Below are positions 42,101 through 48,852 of a stretch of DNA of 64,000 bases, one piece after another. Origin of the DNA: Methanobacteriota archaeon (lineage in GTDB: Archaea; Thermoplasmatota; Thermoplasmata; SG8-5; DAIRED01); contig JAZDNO010000023.1 of assembly GCA_043799545.1 (NCBI GenBank), forward strand, positions 9,360-73,359. Reading direction: 5' to 3'. Position numbers and translations under genes: made by a program. The notes below the pieces were generated by a model. That model worked only from the letters and a program-made list of their open reading frames with translations. It did no database searches and was not told the origin of the DNA. Each line of letters opens with the position of its first letter. Position 1 is the stretch's first letter.

Positions 42101-45100
42101 CACACGGCTCAGAACTCTACGACGACAGCGGCATACTACGCATCCGGCATCATCGCCCTGCAGAAAATGTATCTCGTTTTCAACAACGTCACACCAGGTT
42201 CTCACAGCTTTACGATCTTCGTCAGGATAAACACGAACCTCGCGAACGGCGCGGTCCTCCGCAACACCGCTTGGTGCAACTACACGGCCGTGACGAAATA
42301 CCAGGAGACCAAGGCCTGGGCGGACGTTACGGTTTCGAGGCCGACGGTCGATGTGGCGAAGTCTGTCAGCCAGGCCGTGTCGTCCCCCGGAGATGTTTTG
42401 ACATACTACATATGGCTTAACGGCACGGGCGCGGTCGCACCGGACCTGTGGTTCAACGACACGCTGCCGAACGGCGTCACCTACCTGTGGGATAGCGCGG
42501 CCGGAGTAGCTGGATTCGTCTCCCGCACAATCGCCGGCCAGAACCTCATTATCCACTTCCAGGGTTTCACATCCGGCGTGCATTTCTTCACGATAACCGT
42601 CAGGGTCAGCAACGACACCGTGACGCTGCTGTTCGACGGATGGCCGCTCCTCAACTCCGCGAGGATTGAGTACCGCGTCCCGACGTACGGTTGGAACGCC
42701 ACCGCAAGCGTCCAGTCATTCGTGCGCTTCCCGACGATAACCGTCGAAAAGTACGTCGACAAGTCCGTGGCCTATCCGACGGAGGTGCTCAAGTACACAA
42801 TCCGTGTGCGCAACACAGGTTCGGTCGCCTCGCCGATTGTATGGGTCCGCGACACGATGCCAACGAACGCGATATACCTCACCAGCACCGTGGGCACGCC
42901 GTCTGTCGTGGCGGGAGTGTACACGTGGACGTTCTACAACATGGCTGCGAAGGGCACCATCGAGTTCAACGTCTGGGTCAGGGTTTCGGCGAGCGCTCCG
43001 AACAACGACACAGTGGACAACCTGGTCAGGTGCGATTACACTTTCACCAACGGTTTGATTCGCACCACGACCGATGCATCCACCTCGACGCGCGTAATCA
43101 GGCCAGTAATCACGGTTGAGAAGATTGCCCTCCAGCCCACAGCATACCCGGGCGAGGTTGTGACGTTCGTCATATACTTCAACAACACGATGGGCAGCGG
43201 CACGGCTTACAGGGTGTGGATAAACGACACCCTCCCCGTTGGATTGACCTACGAACCGGGCGGAACGACGCCTGGACTCGTCGCAGGACAGAGCCTGGGA
43301 TGGCTCTTCAGGAACGTCGGGTCGTATACTAGGAACCAGCTCACGGTGATGGCGCGCGTTGGCATGGATGTCCCGGCCCGCACGGTACTAACGGACACGG
43401 CTTTCCTGAACTACACGGGGCCGTCTCAGTCCGGATACCTTAAGTTCGAGGAGACGCGCGACACCGCGTCGATTACGGTCATCTCTCCGCACATCGTCGT
43501 GGAGAAGACCGTGAACGCAGCCACGGCGAACCCTGGCGACATGTTGACGTACGCGCTCTACTTCAACAACACCGGGAACGGTGCCGCCGTGAACACTGTG
43601 ATTGAGGACACCTTGCCTGAGTGGGTGGCATACGTCTCGGACGATTCCGGATTGTCGCATGGCACCTTCGGGCGCACCTTGACGTGGGACATCGGTGCTC
43701 TGCCGGTCGGGCCGCACGTCTTCAACGTGACAGTAAGGATAACCAGCGACTTCGCAATACCGGACCGCACGCTGCTTGTGAACGAGGTTGCATGCTCGTA
43801 CGCGACACCCACGGGCCAATCGTGGACCACCGCAGACTCTGCGGAAACCATGGTAATCAAACCGATAGTCTCGCTCACGAAAACCGCCGCCACAGGCGTA
43901 GCCGGGCCCGGGGACGTTGTCAGGTTCACGATAACTCTCAGCAACACCGGCTCCGACTTGGCCAGACTCCTGTGGCTGAACGACACGCTGCCGGCGCACT
44001 TGATATACGCCGGCGACAGCTCCGCATCAGTCACGGGAATGGAGCGTGTCTCCATGGTAGCGGGGGCGGGCCAGATACGATGGACGTTCGCCAACGTCAC
44101 CCCCGGGACGCACTCTTTCGAGGTCAACTTCACAGTGAACGTCTCGATGCTCGATGATTCCGTCTCCCTCAACGCGGTGACCTCGGCGTACATAGCGCCG
44201 AACGGCGTCGCGTACCCGAACCTCAGCGCGAGCGCGTACGTTCACCTCAGAAGGCCGTTCATCACGGTGCAAAAAACAGTGGACAACGCGACGGTCGCTC
44301 CGGGTGGTGTGCTGAATTACACCATCTGGTTCAACAACACGGGAAGCGGGGTTGCTGGGACGGTCTGGCTGAACGACACGCTGCCTGCCATGACCTCATA
44401 CGTCTCAGACACATCCGGCGCTGCGGTCCAATCCGCAGGGCAGGTGTTGAGGTGGATATTGCTCGGCGTCGTCCCGGGTCCGCACTCCTTTAGCGTCATC
44501 GTGAACGTTTCCAGCACTGCGTACGGCACTCTGGTCAACAACGTCACGTGCGGTTACGCGGCTGTGAGCGGGTTCTTCCTGGGCTCATCTTCAGACGAGG
44601 CCGTAACCGTAGTTGGGGGTGCAATGCCGACGCCGCCAGAGATAACGACAGTGCCTATCACGCCCGTCTGGGCTGGATTCGACGTGCATTTCGCGGCTGA
44701 CGTCACGGATGACGAGGGCGTCGACACCGTGATGATATACTACGTGGACATCGAGGGCGTTTGGGGCTCCGGAGAGATGGTGCAGAGCGCGGGCAACTTC
44801 ACAACCGGCATCGGCGCGTATGAATACCAGATTGACCCGCAGACCTGGAAAGGCATAGTCAGCTACTTCGTCTGGGCCAACGACACCCGTGGGTTGTGGA
44901 GCATGACCGGGTGGAACGATGTCGTTGTAATCCTGCCCCCCTACATCGTGTGGGGCAACGTCGTCAGCAACGCCGGCTCGCCCGTCGCCAACGCCATGGT
45001 GCTTGTGATAAACAACGCGACCAACGACACTGCGCTGACGGTGGCGAACAACGACGGCGTCTACGAGGTCGACCTGGCGGATATGGATTCCGGGTACCAG

Positions 45101-45364
45101 ATCGGCCAGGACCTGACGCTCTTCGGAACGGACCTGCTCTACTACGGCTTCGCATACACCGGGGTAGACGTCTCGGGCTACTCTCTCTCTCCGGAGATGC
45201 CCCCGTCGGCGGACAACCCGAACAGCTTCCCGTACGACCAGGTTGACATCATCCTCAACGAGATTCCCGAGTATGGCACCGTGGCATTCCCGCTGCTAAT
45301 CGTTTTGGCGCTGTTCGCCATAACGCGCCGGAGGGGAAAGCGCGGGGCGCCCAAGCGGGTGTAA
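27107..45364 (+). CDS. Giant (~6,085 aa) surface glycoprotein: 7 zinc ribbons, TM helix, 35 DUF11/isopeptide-type repeats, PEF-CTERM-like signal
   Basis: Uninterrupted ORF; GGAGGTG SD at 27094-27100 supports ATG 27107. 14 CxxC motifs, TM at ~28270-28330, repeats K-x..YTIxFxNxG..NDTLP..N, end IPEY-TM-RRRGKR. Confidence 0.92.
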   Translation: MSKRESGIECPVCGASNPTGDSECKECGFIFEADRAVAKPPVAAAAPKGVVAPSSTRECPSCMAIIEASDAECPICGEKLVPTFVKETGQEISCKSCGALLDSSLTVCPICGEGLVEVREEPAPEAQADEFTCSNCGSILSFGMTECPVCGVRFDQPLTPPMPVSAVPAEPVEIPMETPEPAVAKDESWDLGSVGGQAVEPADAPYEPEQREEPAAPGIDAIPEEPMQVAEEPPMPVPSAPPEAVPAKVKLADDEFACPSCSVPVKLGTDRCESCWADVAGYVRCPSCGTASGPGVEVCPDCFAKLPLAAAPTAMAPEPELEVPEDKEEPSPKEGDADCPSCGSPVLKEDVMCADCGMILINEEEPPVKKREPRKKPIQQLGVWEKRAVIIVIALLMSSALMPFIFSLPQVERDRIIFDGSFDDWGQVRVNHDDVGALPSEVDITAYQVISDGRNIYFSETVLGNIFSSVRGETMRVFADTDRNPATGYSIRGTGADYMVRVYGWGGVVRSASCLRFATATNQNDFTAFQSHATAYPYASGNQTEVRVLLADMGMNEETRANIVFYMGNSLGQHDFSDLVVSNIGGVLNVRQVPSASVLADGWIPVGTSTEVMTFEMAAAGQDISLTGLETHGLVQNRTLPLMIADGNTVLASVIANPTAAQAGDVVEALFAAADFTLLDGSTAVTGGAARAYAGQPAAGVTIDGAFADWRNEAISDDPTTDVMDRSSTNYITSDNINILGYASGTAASAQGQSLNVYVNVAGHALGGTDVPVEESAHLVPPSSTRSQATPSASQAQSNNTRSEQAQTPAGTRQAAAERPELAPPAPKAKTGEDAILVLLDTDNRSATGYLAGGLGADMLLEVKGREGKVTSTILYGFSGADQRIYSWNAVGNGTAACTGSEIEVGVLLSDIGIAAYAELAVLIHVVDWKEDKDAANVSWDAAGNALGTTRAPAPPNQIYGWVKHANNSIANGTTLAVMIAVSGIASSYVVRTNSTTGGFFFNFPSSYNGRTASFYTTDGTANWGLRRTVLAGNFVGIITKDFNITMNRSLAAYAPKDFMASTGASSDPEVKLRWTATGLPPSGNYRIFRGTTLFYDQSDDAYDCFQFTPQATTSSYGWLDSNVSIGGDYFYYVAAVNGTSNEMNSTFLWNRVQALPESPYTVYGVAKNPDGTRIQGVNVEVRTWNGSVWHIFNKITDPTGGYLVTLQPDEYLLGSEAHVNGTLGDASVYNLTAVPYIPGIQDDKSPCNLTLGPPPMEFSKTVDEQFIVVGETLHYTIWFNNTGTVNASQVWINDTLPQGVVYAADTAATSPTAFPYFVSRTGPQWVGSNQEIYYVFVDVTPGNHYFQIDAVVNVTGVLNGTMLTNWAYMNWTTDGTQYWTQNGTMFYPDGLSDSATSTALVTNVVITKDVDLAVANAGDYLVYTVTFSNAGGVDASFVWVNDTLPNVPPGAVTYVSDTALSLGALFLSSTTWTTPLQYVFQNVPPGAHAFTITARIATNVPVGTALLNNASCTYAMATTSFFGPWDTAQTTVVAPSIAVGKTVDLPQARPGDALTYTIRFDNNGNDVADRVWINDTLDTDTYWETDTSQSLFTMFVSRAISAVPGATLRYVFGNVPVGAHQFTITARIRADALTRPGPDGWAVNSVELDFATNYTSYAQSSASAQTEIIAPAVEVAKDVSAATASPGDPLVYTIAIYNNGTAPASYVWINDTLPAGVTFVRDTAGLGSTAAPFWSASSNASNPLQYVFRDVPPAPGVYSFQVFVTILGTVMDGTCLTNWVYCDYAPQGVQTFDNATTVVRRPIIDVDKAADPGIVYPGSFLNYTIWFNNTGGGGASYTWLNDTLPLNAQYVSDTNASVIGVGPPATTWTHVGNVIRWVFRTVQPGIHSFTITMRVSSAAAEGDFVVNTVLCAYEQANGLKFAPSSATAIAAVLAGPIIGVTKAADHNPVLPGDVLTYQITFNNGGNQVASRVWLNETLPAGVAYISDTNASVTSSGVGLAIFVSRIGNSIRWVFYDVAPGAHSFQVSARVNLEVEWSVLSNYVRCEYLSSTGVYGPDTWDWANVTVLRPNITVVKNVDRAFASPGDLLTYTVSFANTGSVPSIVRIVDDLPLGVSYFTDDAATISGVITLASKGTSGQRLWFNFTNVQPGPHSFNVVVQIRTNVTAGTILVNNALLNYTAENGHEFAGSRDNATTIVSDMVVVKSASRPSVGPGDFLNFTIWFNNTGNMTCSYVWINDTLPAWTTYVTDTAASLGYTFTRTVGVGFVRYAFRNISANSFNSFTIALRVNASVPPGTWVNNTVVMNYTDAFGNLLPGSQDVAPVRVDVAVVGLAKTVDLPVAYPDDLLTYTIWFNNTGTIASPHVWINDTLPSWVTLAAPWSLGGTGAVGGGGLVNFTLNVYYAWHFLNVGVGTHFITLIVRINPAAPSGMLVNLAESDYDNGYGTMLPRNDTATTLVIRPYISVNKAGPGQALPGDWIRYWINFTVTGAGIASMVWINDTLPAELGFITHNADASLSTWAIFAGFWQNGQDMHFNFTNVPAGSYSFWMQVAVSTSAEGEVTNTAYLDYSIANGYVWHAQDDAMTDVVRPHITISKTVNLAEAYPNDILVYTIYYNNTGGAAAAMVIVTDVLPNWVSYIDDTSGVTPVFDGLQTYDWTFMSVTMGLHSFQVRVRVNSTTPHCQTLVNTASLTYSTISNVGTPAEFEPSIDAASTHINRPLITVDKIVDYAVAAPGAFLNYTIAFDNNNPEAAFAVWINDTLPAGVIYVTDTSAAVVGATLASSGRSGQFMWFNFTNVLPGAHAFTVTVRINPVAVPGTTLTNWAHLDYAAANGFMLEPSEDTASTLISAMGITKDVDLPLAVQGDTLTYTITFENTAASPAMFVWINDTLPMGVTYVSDTAFFLGVYGGGPTFSGQVVRFWFQNVPQGVYTFDIVVTIDASVAPGTWLNNTARLDWANELGGIMPSSQDGAETKVAEAVVDIAKSASVGRVYPGQQFTYTIWFNNSGETDATWVSIVDFLPSGVVYQSNTAGAVAGATFLGPMAQSGRYLYFNFTGVLPGAHSFTINLSVSVPLDNVLLVNQASLNYSAGSYQYQDWPVDWANVTLVMPIMTVDKTPEIQPASWGDLVTFTITFSNTGHGTASWVWINDTLPSGLFYVSDTSDTSPTVTPYFQSKGNSGQSLWFNFTDVPSGVYSFTLTVRVGTGIADGTALTNTVDIRYNTPDWNAYPVDSDEAWVIVQVPSIAVQKDVNRNVASPGSFLTYTISFNNVGSWPAARVWINDTLPAGVQYWSDNANLVAGATFLAPTGVSGRRLYFNFTNVVTGLHSFQVVAYVLPTVTNGTTLTNWAFLNYTLASGYRMPPSQDDASTLVTIMAVAKVVGAPVVRALQTVTYTIHFNNTAAFPITYAWLNDTLPAGTTYANDTAWTVANANFVGKWISGQQLKFNFTAVQPGYHSFVITATVAPSVIPGQQLSNLVNLNHTDNAGFEMTGSSSWANCTVARPTLTIAKAAVTPDVYPGSVARFAITVTNIGTDAAGWIWVNDTLQAGLTFVAHNAWALAAFSANESLTANFVSIRFYGLGVGASLTFWLDARVAITQGDDTYRMNTARCAFTSVGGYRLPEEPVDSALIHITRPAVSVQKAVDRSGVYHGQTLTYTIWFNNSGHAPAGDIWINDTLPNNVLYQGDTSGLGVGQHQSIGLWHSWHFTNVAVGARSFTITVLVLQSAPINSWLYNEATWNYTSPNGINPGTATATSNQVSTLVLGPIVSLSKIVDAATAQPGQPLTYTIYFNNTGNSNARVWLNDTLPLDVTYAGHTAATTATHTLLSWGRSGQNLWFNFTNVQPGNHWFTVTVRVNNNAQNGTWANNTATCDFVAANGYHYDRLQDGAITLIFRPMVVVQKTADIGQATIGDTIVYTIWFNNTDDVDASYVWLNDTLPPGVTYVSDTSATSPTASPYFWANDTTGNPLLFEFRDLPPGDYSFTITVAVDYFAAPPADFTAENVATCDVATPWATIDHSEASASTQIVRPWITVGKIGPAIVSPGATVQFTIFFNNIGPSAAAFVWINETFFGSMLWVSDSAAAVSGATFGGRIGTPGPVIQYLFTNVQPGAHSFVVNVTIDPTVAEGASLWNNVTLDYTTSSSQANVDLERSWRNVSLTATGVSITVQKLVSAGTATPGDFLNYTVFFNNLGSENAAFVWLNDTLPAGVVYVGNTSAGVWGATLVSSGRSGQNMWFNFTNVQPGAHWFTITVRVSTSGLADGQPLRNRAYLNYTNANGNMEAPSSASALTVVSMPNITVAKSVNATLAYAGTSLTYTIWFNNTGNGTAAFVWLNDTLPAGVTYIGNTSATVAGATLVSSGRSGQSMWFNFTDVLTGAHSFTITVAINGAAANNTLLANRASLNYTDLNRNIYPWSQDWANTTVLNLPYIVVEKAVNQTSCSSGDALQYTIWFNNTGPATSALVEISDVLPVGATYVSNSSMSVAGATYASSGASGQYLWFNFTNVLTGVHSFVINVTGAGGAGTFLTNWAFLNYTDPTGTIQLPWSQDSATTVVTNVAIIVVKTASVPTADPSDPVQYTITFDNDGTAAAGTVSIADVLPIGVTYVSNSSASVVGAVLASSGMSGQYLWFNFTNVQPGAHSFLVNVTVNAGVADRTPLRNWVFLNYTDMAANPLLRSQSSALTTVTAPVVLVSKVPDMQYADPGDIVTYTITFVNTGSGVAASVWIVDTLQAGLAYVSNTSASVAGAILVSSGRSGQYLWFNFTNVQQGAHSFVLRARVQVGLADGIILRNTAGLNCTDANGNLLPQSVDVADVTVTAPSMSMAKTAAPTNVYPGEYVNFTIIFQNSGAGAASFVWLNDTLPGYCQYITHSASSIPYYLISTYGGGILRIVFRNLPTGLYSFTITVKILTNAPDGVRLDNAARLDSTDANGNKLAQRTDNASVWVRAPSIAVQKTVSDASVYPNQTVAYEIYFDNMGSGNASKVWINDTMPLGVTLLWHTAQNSTTTAAYYASGIIALQKMYLVFNNVTPGSHSFTIFVRINTNLANGAVLRNTAWCNYTAVTKYQETKAWADVTVSRPTVDVAKSVSQAVSSPGDVLTYYIWLNGTGAVAPDLWFNDTLPNGVTYLWDSAAGVAGFVSRTIAGQNLIIHFQGFTSGVHFFTITVRVSNDTVTLLFDGWPLLNSARIEYRVPTYGWNATASVQSFVRFPTITVEKYVDKSVAYPTEVLKYTIRVRNTGSVASPIVWVRDTMPTNAIYLTSTVGTPSVVAGVYTWTFYNMAAKGTIEFNVWVRVSASAPNNDTVDNLVRCDYTFTNGLIRTTTDASTSTRVIRPVITVEKIALQPTAYPGEVVTFVIYFNNTMGSGTAYRVWINDTLPVGLTYEPGGTTPGLVAGQSLGWLFRNVGSYTRNQLTVMARVGMDVPARTVLTDTAFLNYTGPSQSGYLKFEETRDTASITVISPHIVVEKTVNAATANPGDMLTYALYFNNTGNGAAVNTVIEDTLPEWVAYVSDDSGLSHGTFGRTLTWDIGALPVGPHVFNVTVRITSDFAIPDRTLLVNEVACSYATPTGQSWTTADSAETMVIKPIVSLTKTAATGVAGPGDVVRFTITLSNTGSDLARLLWLNDTLPAHLIYAGDSSASVTGMERVSMVAGAGQIRWTFANVTPGTHSFEVNFTVNVSMLDDSVSLNAVTSAYIAPNGVAYPNLSASAYVHLRRPFITVQKTVDNATVAPGGVLNYTIWFNNTGSGVAGTVWLNDTLPAMTSYVSDTSGAAVQSAGQVLRWILLGVVPGPHSFSVIVNVSSTAYGTLVNNVTCGYAAVSGFFLGSSSDEAVTVVGGAMPTPPEITTVPITPVWAGFDVHFAADVTDDEGVDTVMIYYVDIEGVWGSGEMVQSAGNFTTGIGAYEYQIDPQTWKGIVSYFVWANDTRGLWSMTGWNDVVVILPPYIVWGNVVSNAGSPVANAMVLVINNATNDTALTVANNDGVYEVDLADMDSGYQIGQDLTLFGTDLLYYGFAYTGVDVSGYSLSPEMPPSADNPNSFPYDQVDIILNEIPEYGTVAFPLLIVLALFAITRRRGKRGAPKRV
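30875..44610 (+). repeat. Array of 35 tandem ~130-aa DUF11 (TIGR01451/RrgB-D2-like) repeats
   Basis: Counted by hand from the recurring xxK[TDS]V...[YF]TIxFxNxG and W[IL]NDTLP motifs. Confidence 0.88.
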
Positions 45365-45368
45365 CGCA

Positions 45369-46175
45369 ATGGCGCACAGAAAAGCCCTGTTCGCAACTGT
45401 AATCGTGGCCATTCTGGCAATTACCATGCTGGTGGCGCTCGCCCCAAGCGTGTCGGCGGTTCCGAGGGTCTATTACATCCACGTCAGCGACGGGGGAATC
45501 CCTTCGGCTGGGGCCATCGTGAACCTGACAGACATCCGCAGCGGCTGGCGCGGAAGCGGGACGACGGACGGCAACGGATTGTTCCAAACGGGGGTGCCTT
45601 TCGAGGATCCTGGATTCTCTGTCGTGAGGGGCGACACCCTAGTGATAACCGCGGCAAAAGGCGGGCGCGTCGGAATGACGAGCGTCATCCTGGAAGCTCA
45701 GGCCAGCGCGACAGCGTCTGTCTCGCTCGACCTGGCTGCAAACGTGCCCCCCACCCCTGTGGCAATAACAAGTGTCGATGCGGGGGAGGGCTACGTCGAC
45801 GTCGCCTGGAGCGAATCGGCCACCCAGGACTTCGGCAAGTACGGAGTTTACGTTTCCACATCCGCAGGGACTTACGGCAGCGAGAGGTGGAGCTCATCGA
45901 ACCTGAAGACCGGTTCGTGCCGCGTGGATGGGCTCGAGCCAGGGACCAGGTATTATCTGCGCGTCGCCGTGCTGGATGCGGGCGGGGCGGCCGCGTTCTC
46001 GGGGCAGAGCGCTGTAACGACCGAGGGCAACAAGCCAGTGACTTACGCGCTTCTGCTGGGTGCAATCGTGGTTGCTGCCATCCTTCTGCTGGTGTACATG
46101 TTCAAGCGGGGGAAGGGCGCTAAGCAATCGGGGGAAACCAAGCCCGCTCCCAGGCGCCGAAGGCGGAGAGGTTAG
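45369..46175 (+). CDS. Membrane-anchored protein: signal peptide, carboxypeptidase-regulatory-like domain, FN3, TM, Arg-rich tail
   Basis: GAIVNLTD..GTTDGNG.F; VDVAWSES..F.KY.VY..GLEPGTRYYLRV; C-terminal TM and RRRRRRG. Confidence 0.8.
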   Translation: MAHRKALFATVIVAILAITMLVALAPSVSAVPRVYYIHVSDGGIPSAGAIVNLTDIRSGWRGSGTTDGNGLFQTGVPFEDPGFSVVRGDTLVITAAKGGRVGMTSVILEAQASATASVSLDLAANVPPTPVAITSVDAGEGYVDVAWSESATQDFGKYGVYVSTSAGTYGSERWSSSNLKTGSCRVDGLEPGTRYYLRVAVLDAGGAAAFSGQSAVTTEGNKPVTYALLLGAIVVAAILLLVYMFKRGKGAKQSGETKPAPRRRRRRG

Positions 46176-46181
46176 CCGTCC

Positions 46182-48818
46182 ATGCCGAATGTTACCGGGA
46201 TGCGCTGCGCCGCGGTCCTTGCCATCGCTGCCGCCCTGCTCATACCCGCTGTAGGGACGTCCCAGGTTCCTTACACTGTGGCCGGGCGGGTCACGGATTC
46301 TTGGGGAAGCCCGGTTCCTGGAGCAGTCGTTGTCGTGAGCAACATCGGCAGCGGGGGCTCTATGGAAACGGCGACGGACGTATCAGGAAGGTACTTGGTT
46401 GACATCGCAGGGTTCCCATATGGGTACGCGCCAGGGGACGAGATTCGCGTCGAGGTGACAGCGGGGGCTCTGTCCACGCAGGGAACCGGCTTTGTCATCG
46501 CATCTGCCAGCGCCACCTACTTGAACCTGACGATCGTTGACACGACGCCGCCCGAGATATTCCACCAACAGCACCCGTACGTCATAGCCTGCGTTCCGCT
46601 TGCAATCGAGTGCGGCGTCTCGGACGATATGCACGCCGATTCTGTGACATTCAGATATATACAGCCTGGTTCTTCGACTGCTCTAACCTTGAACATGTCG
46701 CTCTCATCTGGAACTCCGAGCAACGGCACTTGGTCCGCGGCGGTTCCTGCGCTGGAATCGACGGGCACGCTCAACTACTGGTTCGAGGCGGCAGACCTTT
46801 CAGGCAACGAGGCGGATGCCTGTTACTTCTCAGTTCCGGTCTTGCACGGCCCGCTCTCAGCGCTCGAGATTGTTGCTCCGTCCACAGTCCGGGCAGGGGA
46901 AGGGTTCTCGGTTACTGTGAGCGCGCGGGACCTCTGCGGCAACCTGGTCTCAAACTACACGGGGGCTGTCAACTTTACCTCCGCTGAACCATATCCCGCG
47001 ACACTGCCGCCCTCCAGCATATTCACGGGCTCCGAAAACGGGACCGACACATTCAATGGCCTTGCCCTTTTCACGCCGCCAATCCAGTCAATCACAGTGA
47101 CGGACGCGGCGGCCGGATTGTCCGCTACTGCCTCCATCATCGTGTTCCCCGGTCCCGCGATGATGATGAGCTGGGTGCCGGACGAAGCGACCATGGCGGC
47201 GGGCTCAAAGCAACAGTTCCAGGCGCGCACCGTCGATCGTTTCGGCAACCCGAGCGAGTATTCGACCAACCTGGACGTGCTTCTGTCGTCCTCTTCGTCA
47301 GGCGGTGCCTTCAACCCGATCCAGCTGGCATTGCCAGCAGGCGGCCTGTCTGCCCCGGTCGAGTACTCCGACGTTGCGGTTGGCGGACCGCACGCGCTCA
47401 AGGCTCTACCGACGGATCCGCTCGTCGCGGCGGGATGGGCTAACGTCACCGTGCTGAATGCGAGCGCCGACGCATGGCACTTTGACCCCCAGACGGCTTC
47501 GGTGAGCGCCGGGGCGCCGTTGTGGCTCAATGTCTCGCTTGTAAACTCAAGTGGTGTCACCAAGACTCTCCAAGTGGCGACGATAGTAAGATTGGCGACA
47601 TCGTCATCAGGAGGATCGTTTTTCGACCCGACGACAGGCGCGGTGAAAACGTTTGTTACCATCCAAGCCGGTGCAGGCAAAGCCGCGGTGATATACAAGG
47701 ACACGCAGTCCACCCGCCTCGTCGACAAGACGTACTCCCACGTTCTGACAGCTTCAAACGGAAGCTTTGTGGCGACGGGGATGGCGAACGTCTTCATTCA
47801 GGATGGTCTAGCATCAGCGCTGCTCCTTGAGGGGCCCTCCGAGGTGATAGCCGGAGAGGAGTTCAATATCATCGCTTGGGCAATTGACGAGTACGGGAAT
47901 AGGGCTTACGATCACTCCGGCATGGTATACGCAAGCTCCAATGATATTGACTGGGGCGGCGCTTGGAGTTCTTTTCCCATCGGGGGCCAAGCATACGCCA
48001 CGCTGCAAATTAACCTGACCAGGGTCGGCATCTGGCGGCTTAACGTGACGACTGGGGGTATCTGGGCGAGTTCCAACATCTCTGTGAGGAACGCGCGGGC
48101 GAACGCCCTTAGAATGATCGGGCCCACGGAGGTCGAAGCCGGTGAGCAGTTTGACGTCTGGCTTGCTGTGAGCGACAGATTTGGAAACGCTGCTGTCGAT
48201 TACACCGGAAATGTGACGCTGGCCTCGACGGACCCATACCCTGCCAAACTGCCTGGAAATGCCTCGTTCAAGGAATCTGGCGGAGGGGTTCTTGTGATTC
48301 CCGGACTTTCGCTATTCACTACCCCCCAGCAGAAGATCAACGTCACGACAGATAACGGGGCGCTCTTTGCATGGGCGTCCATCGGAGTTGTTGACACCTC
48401 GCCTCCCATAATAACAGTGGAGTTTCCATCGGAGATTTATTCTGGTGAAGATTTCCAGATTTGGGTGAACGCCAGCGATACGGCCAGAATCGAGTACGTG
48501 AGCATCGAAGATGCCTGGATGGGCAGCAGCGCAGCCTTTGATTTGCGCATGGTTTCCGGGAACGAAACGACCCGCGTCGGAAGTTATCTGGCAAATGCCA
48601 CTCCCGAGGAGGGTGCAAAGAATTTCACATTTACCGTGGAGGCTTCCGACGGGTCGAATGTCGTCACATCCCCCGAAACGGGCAAATACACAATTGAGAT
48701 AACTGACGACAGTGGGTTGTCAACGGAGTGGGCAGCGGCCATCGCCTTAATCGCCATAATGACAATAATTATCCTACTGGTGTTCATCGGAAGGCGCCGC
48801 CGCAAGCCCGAACGTTAA
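46182..48818 (+). CDS. Membrane-anchored multi-Ig-like surface protein
   Basis: Signal peptide; PYTVAGRVTD domain; three V.AGE.F.V...D.[CYF]GN....Y[TS]G repeats; C-terminal TM and RRRRK. Confidence 0.82.
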   Translation: MPNVTGMRCAAVLAIAAALLIPAVGTSQVPYTVAGRVTDSWGSPVPGAVVVVSNIGSGGSMETATDVSGRYLVDIAGFPYGYAPGDEIRVEVTAGALSTQGTGFVIASASATYLNLTIVDTTPPEIFHQQHPYVIACVPLAIECGVSDDMHADSVTFRYIQPGSSTALTLNMSLSSGTPSNGTWSAAVPALESTGTLNYWFEAADLSGNEADACYFSVPVLHGPLSALEIVAPSTVRAGEGFSVTVSARDLCGNLVSNYTGAVNFTSAEPYPATLPPSSIFTGSENGTDTFNGLALFTPPIQSITVTDAAAGLSATASIIVFPGPAMMMSWVPDEATMAAGSKQQFQARTVDRFGNPSEYSTNLDVLLSSSSSGGAFNPIQLALPAGGLSAPVEYSDVAVGGPHALKALPTDPLVAAGWANVTVLNASADAWHFDPQTASVSAGAPLWLNVSLVNSSGVTKTLQVATIVRLATSSSGGSFFDPTTGAVKTFVTIQAGAGKAAVIYKDTQSTRLVDKTYSHVLTASNGSFVATGMANVFIQDGLASALLLEGPSEVIAGEEFNIIAWAIDEYGNRAYDHSGMVYASSNDIDWGGAWSSFPIGGQAYATLQINLTRVGIWRLNVTTGGIWASSNISVRNARANALRMIGPTEVEAGEQFDVWLAVSDRFGNAAVDYTGNVTLASTDPYPAKLPGNASFKESGGGVLVIPGLSLFTTPQQKINVTTDNGALFAWASIGVVDTSPPIITVEFPSEIYSGEDFQIWVNASDTARIEYVSIEDAWMGSSAAFDLRMVSGNETTRVGSYLANATPEEGAKNFTFTVEASDGSNVVTSPETGKYTIEITDDSGLSTEWAAAIALIAIMTIIILLVFIGRRRRKPER

Positions 48819-48852
48819 CCCTTTTATACCAGCGCCCCGATGCGCGCTACGC

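Noticed and set aside
27103-45587. Many 100-470-aa ORFs overlapping the giant gene
   Set aside because: Frame shadows produced by repetitive, codon-biased coding sequence.
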